A DNA stretch of 64,000 bases from Adineta vaga (taxonomy: Eukaryota > Animalia > Rotifera). Numbering within the stretch: position 1 is the stretch's first letter; each line of letters begins with the position of its first letter. The notes below the pieces were generated by a model. It made no database searches and was not told the DNA's origin. It saw nothing but the letters and a program-made list of their open reading frames with translations. The stretch lies in assembly GCA_021613535.1 (NCBI GenBank), contig CP075493.1, positions 14,694,001 through 14,758,000 on the forward strand, read 5' to 3'. The translations under genes were made by a program, and so were the position numbers. Positions 12,481 through 24,896 of this stretch are shown here, one piece after another.

Positions 12481-13686
12481 TTTTATTCCTTATAGTAAAA
12501 TATAAACAAAATTATTTAATATGTAACAATCGTTTAACATTGACGTGACTTTGTTTAGTAACTTCAACAAACTCTTTTTTGTATAGATCTGAGATTTGCA
12601 CAAATGCGATAAATGTGAGAAGAGATGAAATTAATAAATATCGATATTGATGGAATTGTCCGCGAAGATGTTCTGTATAGTTTGTTTGTTTCTTAGCTGC
12701 AGAAAGATTTCGAGTAAATTTAATAATTATGATTATAATCGTAGAAGAAAATGGAAAATTTTAACGATAGAATCAAATAATTGAACAGTGTTCGAATAAG
12801 AGCCGATGTACCACGTTCGTTTCTCTTCAACATCATCAGCTAGACGACGATGTAGAGGATCATCTTGATTAGTACGATAAAAACAACATGAACGAATCCT
12901 TTTGGTGTTATAATCGACATCGTGCAGTGGTGTTTATAAATTGTTTTAAGTGATCATACAACATCTACGTCTAAAATCGCCGATAGAAACGAAAATATAG
13001 TTCTGTATTTAATTATAAATGTGATGAGTAACAACGACCGACTGCATGATGAATAGTTTAATATGTTTGGAAATATTTCGACGAGTGTTGTTTAATTTTT
13101 TTTAATGTACTGTTTGTCTTAAGGAATAATCGATATTTTCTATATAACAATTGACTGTTAAAACTTAATATTAAATAATGAATCATTTGTTGTTACATTA
13201 CAAGATAGAATAAAATCATTTGTCTCTAGCATTTACTTATAGAATAAGAATGGTGTTTACCGCTGAAGGTAGATTAATGGAGGCAATATAATATTATCGA
13301 CATGCATTAACAATACGACAATGTACTTTATCAAAAATTAACACAGAAGTTGTTTCGTTCTATGATAATCTTGGTTTTGTATACTATAACAAAGTTCACG
13401 ATAAAACAGCATATAGGTGATGTCCATTTTCGTTTAGATTAAAACTAAGAAAAGCTTAAATTTTATGCATCTCCATAAAACATGACATAAACATGTTTGC
13501 ATATAAATGTTTGTGCAAGAAGAAAAGTATATCTTATCTGTAAAGCTAACATATAGAAAGTAACATGATATCTTGACTGCTATCTTGCTGGTAAATCACA
13601 TCAAACATTTTATACTTATAATTTTACCTCAGAAATAACAAATATTTCAAACTGACGGTCAATAAAAATTAATTAATATTAATAGA

Positions 13687-16212
13687 ATGGAACAGACAAC
13701 TGTCACTGTGAAACAAGCAAATGAACATAATCATGTCGACGTTGATGGACAAATACAAAATATTCTTATCGTGTGGTTGGACAGTTCCATTCACACTAAT
13801 AATCCAGACTGTCAAAATACAATTACACAACTTCAACAAGTTGTTACCGATGTTCATACATTCACTGATAATGATCAATGCATCGAATTCATTCTCAACA
13901 CCATCGACACAAAAGTATGTTTAATTGTTTCAGGATCAATTGGACAAGATATCGTGTCATGTATACATGATATCTCACAAATTGATTCTATTTTCATCTT
14001 CTGTGGCAATAAAAATCAACATGAACAATGGGTAAAACCATGGTTCAAAATAAAAGATGTTTCTATAGACATCACACACATCTGTCAAGAATTACAACAA
14101 ATAACTCGTCAATATGAACACAATGCCATGCCAATGAGTTTTGTGGGATCTGGAAAACGATTGGATCAATTAGATCCATCATTTATGTACACACAAATCA
14201 TCAAAGAAATACTATTAACCATCACATTTGAACATAAACACATTAAAGAATTTGTCGATTACTATTGTGATGCATTTGTTGACAATGAAATCGATCGAAA
14301 GAAAGTTAAGACACTGGAATATGGATATCATCAAAAAACACCTATTTGGTGGTATACAACAGAGAGATTTTTGTATGGAATGTTAAATCGTGCTTTACGA
14401 GTGATGAACGGTGAGGTGATCACATTGATGGGTTTTTTCATTAGTGATCTTCATCGACAGATTGAAAAACTACACAAACAACAATTTCGAAACATCTTTA
14501 CTGCCGAAATCTTTACAGTTTATCGTGGTCAAGGTATGACAAAGAGAGATTTTGATGACATCGTCAGATCGAAAGGTGGACTAATGTCATTCCTCAATTT
14601 CTTATCAACAAGCAATGATCGTACGGTTGCCCTGTCTTATGCCGAAAGTAATAGTGAGAAATCTGGTCTCATAGGTATTCTATTCGCAATGAAAATCGAT
14701 CCTATTCAATCGACAACACCATATGCTTCAGTTGGAGACATCAGTAGTTTTAAAGACGAAAACGAAATTCTGTTTTCAATGCATTCTGTTTTTCGTATAG
14801 ATGATATCATTGCAATGGATGGTAATGAGCGACTGTATGAGGTGAAGTTGCGACTGACAACTGACAATGATGCAGAACTAGGTGTACTTACTACGCAAAT
14901 TCGAGAAGAAAATTTTCCGAATTCCGAAGGATGGTACAGAATGAGTTTAGTGCTAAATAATATAGGACAATCTGACATTGCTGAACGGATCTGTAAAGTT
15001 CTACATGCTCAGGAAATGAATGACACCGCCAACATATCCATTTATAATCAACTCGGTTCCATTAAATACCAGAAAGGACAATACGATGAGGCCATAAAAC
15101 TTTTTAGAAAATCTCTCAAAACGCAACAACAATTATTGCCTTCTAATCATCCTGATGTGGCTTCATCCTACAACAACATCGCCACAGGGTATTCTGACAT
15201 GGGTGATTATCCCAAAGCACTTTCATCATATGAACAAGCTCTCAACATTCGACAACAATCATTGCCTTCCAATCATCCTGATGTGGCTTCATCCTACAAC
15301 AACATCGGTACAGTGTATTCCAAAATGGGTGATTATCCCAAAGCACTTTCATCATATGAACAAGCTCTCAACATTCGACAACAATCATTGCCTTTCAATC
15401 ATCCTGATGTGGCTTCATTCTACAACAACATCGGTTTGGTGTATTCTGACATGGGTGATTATCCCAAAGCACTTTCATCATATGAACAAGCTCTCAAAAT
15501 TCGACAACAATCATTGCCCTCTAATCATCCTCATATGGCTTCATTCTACAACAACATCGGTACAGTGTATTCTGACATGGGTGATTATCCCAAAGCACTT
15601 TCATCATATGAACAAGCTCTCAACATTCGACAACAATCATTGCCCTCTAATCATCCTCATATGGCTTCATCCTACAACAACATCGGTACTGTGTATTCTG
15701 CCATGGGTCATTATCCCAAAGCACTTTCATCATATGAACAATCTCTCAAAATTCGACAACAATCATTGTCTTCTAATCATCCTGATGTGGCTTCATCCTA
15801 CAACAACATCGGTACTGTGTATTCTGACATGGGTGATTATCCCAAAGCACTTTCATCATATGAACAAGCTCTCAACATTCGACAACAATCATTGCCTTCC
15901 AATCATCCTGATGTGGCTTCATCCTACAACAACATCGGTACTGTGTATTCTGCCATGGGTCATTATCCCAAAGCACTTTCATCATATGAACAATCTCTCA
16001 AAATTCGACAACAATCATTGTCTTCTAATCATCCTGATGTGGCTTCATCCTACAACAACATCGGTACTGTGTATTCTGCCATGGGTGACTATTTGAATGC
16101 TTTTTCATTTTTCGAACATGCTCTTCAAATCGGACAACAAGTACCATCATCGAGCCATCCTAATATACATCTCATTGAAACAAACTATGAAAATGCGAGA
16201 AAGAAATTGTAA
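13687..16212 (+). CDS. Receiver-like domain + R-S-E ADP-ribosyltransferase + TPR array (841 aa)
   Basis: VYRGQ, FLSTS, ENEILF ART motifs; kinesin-light-chain-type 42-aa TPRs (HPDVASSYNNIG); intronless. Confidence 0.9.
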   Translation: MEQTTVTVKQANEHNHVDVDGQIQNILIVWLDSSIHTNNPDCQNTITQLQQVVTDVHTFTDNDQCIEFILNTIDTKVCLIVSGSIGQDIVSCIHDISQIDSIFIFCGNKNQHEQWVKPWFKIKDVSIDITHICQELQQITRQYEHNAMPMSFVGSGKRLDQLDPSFMYTQIIKEILLTITFEHKHIKEFVDYYCDAFVDNEIDRKKVKTLEYGYHQKTPIWWYTTERFLYGMLNRALRVMNGEVITLMGFFISDLHRQIEKLHKQQFRNIFTAEIFTVYRGQGMTKRDFDDIVRSKGGLMSFLNFLSTSNDRTVALSYAESNSEKSGLIGILFAMKIDPIQSTTPYASVGDISSFKDENEILFSMHSVFRIDDIIAMDGNERLYEVKLRLTTDNDAELGVLTTQIREENFPNSEGWYRMSLVLNNIGQSDIAERICKVLHAQEMNDTANISIYNQLGSIKYQKGQYDEAIKLFRKSLKTQQQLLPSNHPDVASSYNNIATGYSDMGDYPKALSSYEQALNIRQQSLPSNHPDVASSYNNIGTVYSKMGDYPKALSSYEQALNIRQQSLPFNHPDVASFYNNIGLVYSDMGDYPKALSSYEQALKIRQQSLPSNHPHMASFYNNIGTVYSDMGDYPKALSSYEQALNIRQQSLPSNHPHMASSYNNIGTVYSAMGHYPKALSSYEQSLKIRQQSLSSNHPDVASSYNNIGTVYSDMGDYPKALSSYEQALNIRQQSLPSNHPDVASSYNNIGTVYSAMGHYPKALSSYEQSLKIRQQSLSSNHPDVASSYNNIGTVYSAMGDYLNAFSFFEHALQIGQQVPSSSHPNIHLIETNYENARKKL
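15136..16143 (+). repeat. Coding tandem repeat, ~8 x 126 bp (TPR units)
   Basis: Near-identical 42-aa units with a few switching positions; last unit diverges. Confidence 0.95.
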
Positions 16213-19200
16213 CTTGTACGTACTTTATTTTAAGAAGAAGAAGAGAAAAATATGAACGATGTAGCTGACAACAAAATATCCACGCTGTTTCGAAAAATTA
16301 TTAGTATAGTATACTTTTAGGTTTTGCAAGATATTTCCTATATTGGTAAATTCATATGAACGTGTTATGAAATCAAATTGTAAGGCTTGCGAAACATATA
16401 TTTTTCCGTTAACGTTAGTGGTATTTTTTTGTACACGCATGAGTTTTATCACGTTTAGCATGTCGTTTCTTATGTTTCTGAATAAAGTACTTCTCAATTT
16501 CATCGTATTATATAATTAATATATGCTTCTAATTCGTTCTGTTAAAAAAAAGTAAACAAAACACTTATTCAATTTGCAGTTTTGATGCTGCATCAATAAT
16601 TAAACAAACTCTTTTGAACTAAAAGTGTTTTTTGAGGTCGAAATGTCAGAGTTCAATCTCTTTGGTATATGTTGTGTCGTATGATAAATTTGTACTAAAA
16701 TATCTTTCACTTGGAAAAAAAAAGTATAAGGGCATTTGATCTATTGGAATTTTCCGTACCTTATTAGAGTACCTTGCACATCGAATACACAAGCTTCAAC
16801 TCAACACAGCAATTGAACAGTTTAAAATGTTCCTTTCTCATATGAGTTATATAAGAAGATATGAAATTGAAATACAATCGTGGACTTCATTTAATGTTCG
16901 GCAAAACGTGCAAGAAGATATAGTGAATGAACATGGCATTCACAATTTACTTTTAAATATAAATGTTTTCTTTCAAACATGACGACGGAAAAGAAAAGAA
17001 AGCTAACGAAAAAAGACAACTTTTGTTACTATGACTTTTATTTTTTTTATATTGTTGATTTATATATCTGTTTGTTATTGACTAGTACACTGAATTATTT
17101 TGTGACCATAAACAGTAGAATTACTATCTTACATGACAATATTATATTTTAATCCGATAAAAAGTATACCATGACTTAAAAACAAACGAAATAATATCAG
17201 ACAAAGTTATATTTCAAAAAATGATTGAGAAATCGAATTAAAATTAAAGAATATCATGATTGCATTAGCTGGTGAAATTATGTATTATACTAGTCGTGGA
17301 ACATCTGTGTGGAGAAATTGACAGATATTCATGTTCGTCCATTTTTTAATAAAAAACATATTGTAAAATCAAGCAACAATGAAACTAGTTTTTTTGCCAC
17401 CAATATTAGCACATGGATGTAAAGAAGAAAATCACAATAACAAAAATATGCATTTACACGCAATTTTTCATGAAAATATTGTTTCTGCTGATGAAAAATG
17501 CCCATTGACGATTAATTTAAACAATCCAAATCGACTGACAATTACTCGTCTATCAATCACACTTATTCTAAATCAACAGTCAGGAGCGGCAGGAAAAGAT
17601 AAATTTATTGGAATGATGACAAAATAAATTTGATGTTTAAATATGTGAAAGAATCGTTTCTTCATATTCATATATATCTCCTCAATGGTCATCTATAAAA
17701 TCACTTGTGATATGTTATGAACTACATCTTGAAGTTTTCATTCCTGAACATTTTACGAATGTTTGTGTTCGAATACCGTTTACTGTCGCTCATAAAAAAC
17801 TGAAAAAAACTTGATAAAGATCTATTTCCATCAAGATACGAGAGACTTCATCTTGTTTAATTTTATTTCAACAAACAAATTCAAACCCTAACATATATAA
17901 AAAATAGAAGAGAAAGTCGCTTGTTTACATAGATAAACGTAGTTGACAACTTGCGTAAGGGGAATAAAATTAACCTCTTATAGAATTTGCACAGCATCAG
18001 GATATTGAATTTCATTGATTTCATCTTGATTAAAAAGATGCTCCTTGATACTAAGAATTCCACTCAATGTTGGATCATCTTGAAATCGTCGTGAACCGTC
18101 ATTTCTCCCAAAAGAAATGTAAGCAGAGGAGAACAAAGATCGGTATTAAAATACTAAATATTAGATGTGTTTGTATGATAGTAGGATGAGGATGTAGGCG
18201 AGGTGAAAACTACTCATACCCATACCGTCAGAAGTTTCCTATCATCATTGCTAAAGTTGTATAAACCAATATTGTTAATTTCTATTTTATAACAATTGAA
18301 AATCTATGCAAACTTTATGTGTTATGTCGATGGACTCCTATTTGTTTATTTACACAGAAATAAAGCGATATTCAGTTAAGAAAACTGCATAACATTGGTG
18401 TAAAAACATAAACGAAAAAAAAAGTATTCGATAAATCAGCAACATTCTTCAATAGCAAAACAAAAACATAAACATGCCAAACTAAAACAGAAGTAAAGAA
18501 AGATAAAAATCAAGAATAAATTTTTATCTGAGAACTTACATATCAAATAAAGCACCACCACCTCTTAAACCTTTCGGAAAATTCTCTCGTGATGATTCAG
18601 ATTGTTCATTTATTGGTATTTCTATTAACAACAAAGAATAACAAAATAATAATTGTTTAAAGTACGACAAACCTTTAGAATTCTGTTCCACATGAGATGC
18701 ATCTCTATACAGGAATAGATCTTTATATATAATATATAGTAGAATTTAGTTTTAATACTTACAAAATAGATGGTTCTTGTTGGATAACAGAAGTCATAAT
18801 TGATGTACGTATGTTTATAATGAAATGAATACTACAATACTCATCTTTTCTTTTTGTTTGTTTTATATATACCTGATATCTTGGATGTGGCGTTTTCTTT
18901 TTCTTTTATAACTATAATCAAAACGATATATACGTATACGCCCTATTCACAATGATCAGGTATACTCCCTCAAGGATAATAATAGCTAATACAGGTGAAG
19001 GAATACGTCAATATGAGTCACACATTAGTTATCGGTTAATATTTCATAAAATGTACTTTTAAATCGAATTCTATTTTATTCACCCAGCATGAACATCAAG
19101 ATATTCAAACAAAAACTTTTTGAGTCTTTCTCTTCGTATATACTTATTTGAATTTCGAAATAGTATCTCCTCCAAAGTATATAGTACGCATCAATGATTA

Positions 19201-19717
19201 TACTGAAATAACATAATATCGAGCTGCAAAAAATATATTTCTTCTCCTCTTATTTCGTTTGTATTCATTTTTATTCATACAAGTGAAATCTATATCAGTA
19301 TCGATTTTTTCTCAAGGTAGATAGATATTTATAATTAGTGTCAAATCGAATTGATTCGAGAAGAATCTTCTTTTCACCTATATTATATTAATACTGACAT
19401 ATTTATATAGATATGAACTTGAGCGGCTATGCCACACTACAATAATTTCTAATAGCTTTCAAATCCTTGATAATCGTGTCAAATAATTCTAACATTATGA
19501 ACTTTTATCGTTCTTTAGCCTAAATACATTTATGCTATAATTTAACCTTGTTTTTTTCGATAACAAATATTACGTACGGCATTAACGGATATAATTTCCT
19601 TCAGCTATAATAAATAAAAACTCATTATTTACTTGTGTTCTACCTCCGCAAATATGTCGTATTTGAATTTAGATAGAAGAAAATATTGTCTTCAACATTC
19701 TTCATTACGAATACAGA

Positions 19718-20785
19718 ATGTCTCTACTTACAACACTTACCGATATTTATTTTAATATCATTCGTTATTTTATGTCATTGGTTTTTTTCTGTGGAATTAT
19801 TGGTTCAATATTGAATGTAATTCTTTTTTCTCATCGAAAACTAAGACAAACATCATGTTGTACATGTATGTATATTAACATTGATATTTTTTGTTTTATT
19901 CATCATTTATATATTTCATTTTTGATAGATTTTCTTGCTGCATCATTTAGTAGTCTGGTTTCTTTACTTTTTGGTTTAATTCCAACATTTTATTTAATAA
20001 ATAATATCTATCCTGGTAATTATTCAGTTGTATTTTGTAAAATGCAAGGTTATATAACTCATACAAGTCTTCAAATGACTAGAGTTTATCTTGTTTTGGC
20101 GTGTTTTGATCGTTTTGCTCTTAGTTCAGCCAATGCTAATATAAGAAAATTTAGTACAGTTATTGTTGCTCGTCGATGTGTTCCTATCGTAATATTATCA
20201 TGTTATTTAGTTGCTATGCATTTAATTATTTATCTTGATATTGTTAATAATTCTTGTGCAGTTTATAATTTATCAGCATTAATCTATAATAGTATTTATT
20301 CAATAACAACAATATCGATTTTAATGCCTTTATTAATGTTAATTTTTTCACTTTTAACATTTCTTAATTTAAAAAAACGTCAAAAACAACGAGAACATAT
20401 CAATTTAGGAGCCATTCATCGAGATATAATACGTGATAAAAAAGTCTTTTTTACATTATTGGGACAATTATTGCTTTATTTTATCTCAACTGGTTTATAT
20501 GCACCAAATATAATTTATACAACGATTACTCAAAATATGTCGAAATCAATTGATCAACAAATCATTAGTCTTTTCATCAATGCCATAGCACTTCTTCTCA
20601 TTTATATTTATCCCGGCTTTTCATTTTTGGCATTTACACTTACATCAAAAACTTTTCGAAAAGAATTAATCAGTTTAAAAACTTTATTTCCATTTTCTTG
20701 TGTTCGAAGAAGAGCAGTGGTACCGCACGCAACAACAACTAAACGAATGAATGCAAACAATTTAACACACAATCAAACATTTTAA
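19718..20785 (+). CDS. Rhodopsin-like 7TM GPCR
   Basis: GIIGSILN, ACFDRF, SKTFRKEL; in-frame 63-nt intron 19866-19928 restores SCCTYFLA. Confidence 0.85.
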   Translation: MSLLTTLTDIYFNIIRYFMSLVFFCGIIGSILNVILFSHRKLRQTSCCTCMYINIDIFCFIHHLYISFLIDFLAASFSSLVSLLFGLIPTFYLINNIYPGNYSVVFCKMQGYITHTSLQMTRVYLVLACFDRFALSSANANIRKFSTVIVARRCVPIVILSCYLVAMHLIIYLDIVNNSCAVYNLSALIYNSIYSITTISILMPLLMLIFSLLTFLNLKKRQKQREHINLGAIHRDIIRDKKVFFTLLGQLLLYFISTGLYAPNIIYTTITQNMSKSIDQQIISLFINAIALLLIYIYPGFSFLAFTLTSKTFRKELISLKTLFPFSCVRRRAVVPHATTTKRMNANNLTHNQTF

Positions 20786-21018
20786 ATATTTTACTTATTC
20801 GAATGTTATCTTTTGAGAATTTGAAAATAAAGAGGTGAACCGCGTTGAATCGCCGTTTTAGACTTACACGGAGACGTATTTAGAAAACAGTACACTATTT
20901 TTTTTCAAAGTTTTAACTCCTTTTTATCCTAAATTCATTAAATAAAGAATTGAAACGTGTTTATTTCTTTTTAAATATTGGGTGAAACTTCAGTAAACAC
21001 ATTTATAATGTTAAACTG

Positions 21019-23221
21019 TTAGTTTTTAGGGTATAGGTGTATGTATGGATTAGACTGTCTTTTCAATAATGTTATGTCTCTTTTTTTTCGTTCCCCGTCA
21101 TGAATATAAACCGGTACGTAAGCATGACATAGTCGAAATTGATCCGGTGCATCTACTTGACATTGTAAGTAAATCGTTTCGTCTGGTGTAGTAGCAGTTG
21201 GTGCGACTATAACATCATTTCCTCGTTGCTATGTAGTAAAACAAAACCATTATGAGCTTTAGGTTTTAATTCTGATAAAATACATACTGTAATAAAATGA
21301 GGAAAAATATTATGATGCGAATATAAACTCCATATCACTTGATATTGCTGAACACCTTTTACACGACATCGTACAGTTACTTTTTCACCAGGTCCAATGA
21401 TTACTTTTTTTGGTTGAACAAGTATCTCAACTGATTCGTGTTGTTGCTTTTGCCATCGTGATTGAACATTAATACGTAATGTTTGATGAGCTTCATCATG
21501 TGAATTACAGACAATAAGATGATAAATACCAGCTATGTCAGGTGTAGCATGATGAAGAGTAAGACGATTTGACTCAATTGTAAAGGCTGATGACATTGGT
21601 TCATAACCTTGATCAGTATATTTATTCCAAAGAATTTCAACAGGTTCAGATGACTATATGTAGAAAAAAATAAATTCATTTATTTTATGTTTCTATTCGA
21701 TACATACAGCAATTGTATATTGAATAGTCTTATTTTCACCTTCTTTTAAATCTATTGTCTGTGGATGAATACTTATCTTTAGTGGACCATATGTTTGGCT
21801 GGGTTGCACTCGAATTTCATATGAAATGTCAATATGTGTACCATTCTTTTTATATAATTTGCAATTATAAGTTCCAGAATGATTAAAATGTGCATGTGTG
21901 ATGAGTAAATTATTAGCAATCTGATAGACACCCCTAGGAAGTCTGTCGACATTATCATATTTCCAATAAGTAAAGTTATATCCAGGTGGAGATTGAATTA
22001 ACTGTCTCACACCTTCACTAATGAATAATGGACTCAATGGATTAAATACCGGAGGAACATTCTCACTTGGTTGTTCTTAAAAATAAATAATATCATGTGT
22101 AAGCTTTTTTCTTCTTCTATATCATTAGATATGGTTACTTATAAATGTAAGAGTACGATGTGCTTCTCTATACATAGGATCGAGAATAGAACACCGATAC
22201 TCTCCTGAATACAATCGTGAAACTGGATGAATACGAAGCATTTTTCCATATGGATGAAATGGTTCTTCATCAGTAATAACCTATAAGAAAACATATCTTA
22301 AACTTATGACAGTAGAATTAATACATACTTGACTATTAAAATACCATTTAATATGTTTTGAATCTGACATCTTTGCACCAACACATTGCATTACTACATC
22401 ATCTCCATCAAATATATCCGGTGCAATGATTTGTAAAATTTTAAAGCCATTTCCACACTATAACACAAAATAGAAATCGAATTAATGTTCATTTACTATA
22501 GCAGATGTGCTACCCAAGTTATTGGTTGTTGATAACCAGGAATTTCTTGCATAGTAATAGTAGCTGTATTGATATTTCTTTGTGGATCTTCTGCCACACA
22601 TGTATATTCACCAATATTACCTCGATGAATCAGTGTAACAAGTATTCTTAGTGTTACTCGTGATTCAGAGACATATGTATCGTTTGTATTAGTGAAAATA
22701 TATCGCTAAAATGATCGAAACAATCGTTTAATAAAAAAACAAACAGGTGAAGGTGATATCTAAGAGTTTTACTCGTTCTGGTTTCTCTTGAATCCAATAA
22801 ACATGTATACTTGTATCAGCACCATAAACATTACAAATAACTTCGTAAGTTTCTCCCAGTCTTACTCGGAGATTATTAGGACTGACAACAACCTGCAGAG
22901 AGAGTCGAAAGAATTTTGTTTCAGATTCAGTTGAATTTTCTAAATAAATACTACATTAATATGAATCACATAGTCGATAATTTTATACTGTCTTCATCGA
23001 TCGTATCTGAAAATAAATAAGAAAAAAATATGCGATTATGGAAACAAATCAATAGAAATACCGGTAGTTGTGATGTTATTCCATGTAAATATTGTTGTAT
23101 CGCTAGCGTTGGTTGTAATATAATCAGTTACATCCGTGGAAACATCCGATTCTGTTTTGATTTTGTGTACTGTGATTAAGTTTAATAGAAATGCGAGAAA
23201 TATACACTGCGCAATTTGCAT
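21019..23221 (-). CDS. Secreted multi-Ig-domain protein (multi-exon)
   Basis: Signal peptide MQIAQCIFLAFLLNL; repeated Ig motifs (GEYTC, SGEYRC, SGTYNC, AGIYH, VRCRV...W); several short introns; last exon ends ...LYPKN* at 21019; no TM seen. Confidence 0.8.
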
Positions 23222-23831
23222 TTTTACGAATAATATAAGGAAAAATGATAATATTCCTTCGTTTTAGTACTGTAATACATATTATAGCGACTGTTTGTTA
23301 GCTTTCATCATCTATAATCGATTATATGTCCAAAAATATCTCTTCTAACGAAAAGATAATCAATCATACACTTTCGGTACTTTATGTCGCGTCTATGATA
23401 TCCACGAACCGAGATGATATATGCAATTGCTTTCTCCTCCATACTAACAGAATTCATCATCATTATACAGCACTGACAATGCAATTCTTCCCGTAGACTG
23501 AAAAGATACGAATAAAAAAAGAACATTGTCGTTAAAATAGTTCGACGTGAAGCGAAAAAAATAGTTGTATTGCACGACTAGATCCAGTACATACAATTCA
23601 TAGTTTGTTCTATAATTCCGTTCACACTCATATTTTCTATGGATCAAAAGATTTAAATACTACTCGTTTATATGTCTGCAACAGGTGGTGAGGATGTGGT
23701 TGGATGTGAATGAGAGTGTAGATGTCGATGCAATTTATGTGTAAACGCACTACCCACACCCACATTCTCAAAGTATCATTTACAAAATTCATTTCATCTA
23801 CATCACATCTTTCTATTTGAGTTATTGTTGC

Positions 23832-23979
23832 TAAAGAAGGATTATTTATTAATTGCTCTCAGGATGATAAGTTTTGGTTTGGACCAAATTATGAATATAC
23901 ATTTAATTCGCCAACGTATTTTCCTGATATAGTTGACATTCAATTTGATAAGAAAAAACATATTCCTGATGATCTTTTA
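23832..23979 (+). repeat. ~147-bp displaced copy of part of exon 1 of the downstream LDLa-GPCR (25247-25393)
   Basis: Direct match GGATTATTTATTAATTGCTCTCA...CCTGATGATCTTTTA with a handful of substitutions, one giving an in-frame Cys>Tyr. Confidence 0.9.
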
Positions 23980-24896
23980 AGTTAAATAATAAATATGTCC
24001 AATTATGGTTGCAAGAGACTGTAAAAGAAAAGTATATGTTGATGAAACAATTGTTGTCATTGATATATCTGTACACATCATACTTGTTTGTAATGATGAA
24101 TTATATGGACGAAAACTAGAAGTTGAATAAATATTAGGAATTAACATTGATATCAATATTGGATAAGAATTAAATAATATTATTCGTGTTATACATTCAA
24201 TTGTTTGAAATTCCAATCTGAAATGAATTTCTATCATTTCAATTATTAGAAAGACAAAAAATATCCTCATGAACGTATTTCAAAATGAATATGAGAGTAA
24301 AAACAAAAACAATTTAATCACGAACATTTCTAATAATTTGACGGTATGCTTGAGGATGAGGGTGTTGTTCTTCTCTACACGTACCGTCACGCACACCCGA
24401 TCTGTTCATATTAGACGCAGTTTTTACCGTGTATGTAAATTTGAGCTCTTATATAAGCGGCGGTCATTCAGTTTATTTATGTCAAATTCTCTAAATTATA
24501 TTACGGTGGAAAGATGTAGATATTTCATCTTTACATTTCGATTTTCTATAGAACTCAAAAATTAACTTCTATAAAAAACATATGGATTTTGTTTTATTAT
24601 AGTAGTTATGATAGTAGGAAATTTTACATTTATTAATCATTTCTTTTTGCTACGTTATTTCATTCAGTATTTGTCTGAAAAGCAATGTAGTTTAAACAGT
24701 CAAGATCATGTTTTATATAAGAACATATGTCAGCCTTTTTCTTCGACGAAAATCTATCAGCCGGACGTATACTTCCTGATACGATTATAATTATTAAGCG
24801 GGACTACATTTTTAAGTAATATATTTATTACTTTATTTCAAACAGATGTTCATCTAAATTCTTTTTTCATATTTTTTCAGTTAGTCGATAACTATA

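Noticed and set aside
12730-12960. Minus-strand open stretch (RIRSCCFYRTNQDD...)
   Set aside because: Short, no start or splice support, no recognisable motif.
15155-16096. 313-aa alternative-frame ORF, and a CRISPR-like look of the repeats
   Set aside because: Shadow of the TPR array; units are contiguous with no unique spacers and no cas genes.
16225-18140. Short ORFs in the long intergenic region
   Set aside because: Composition typical of random AT-rich ORFs; no motifs.
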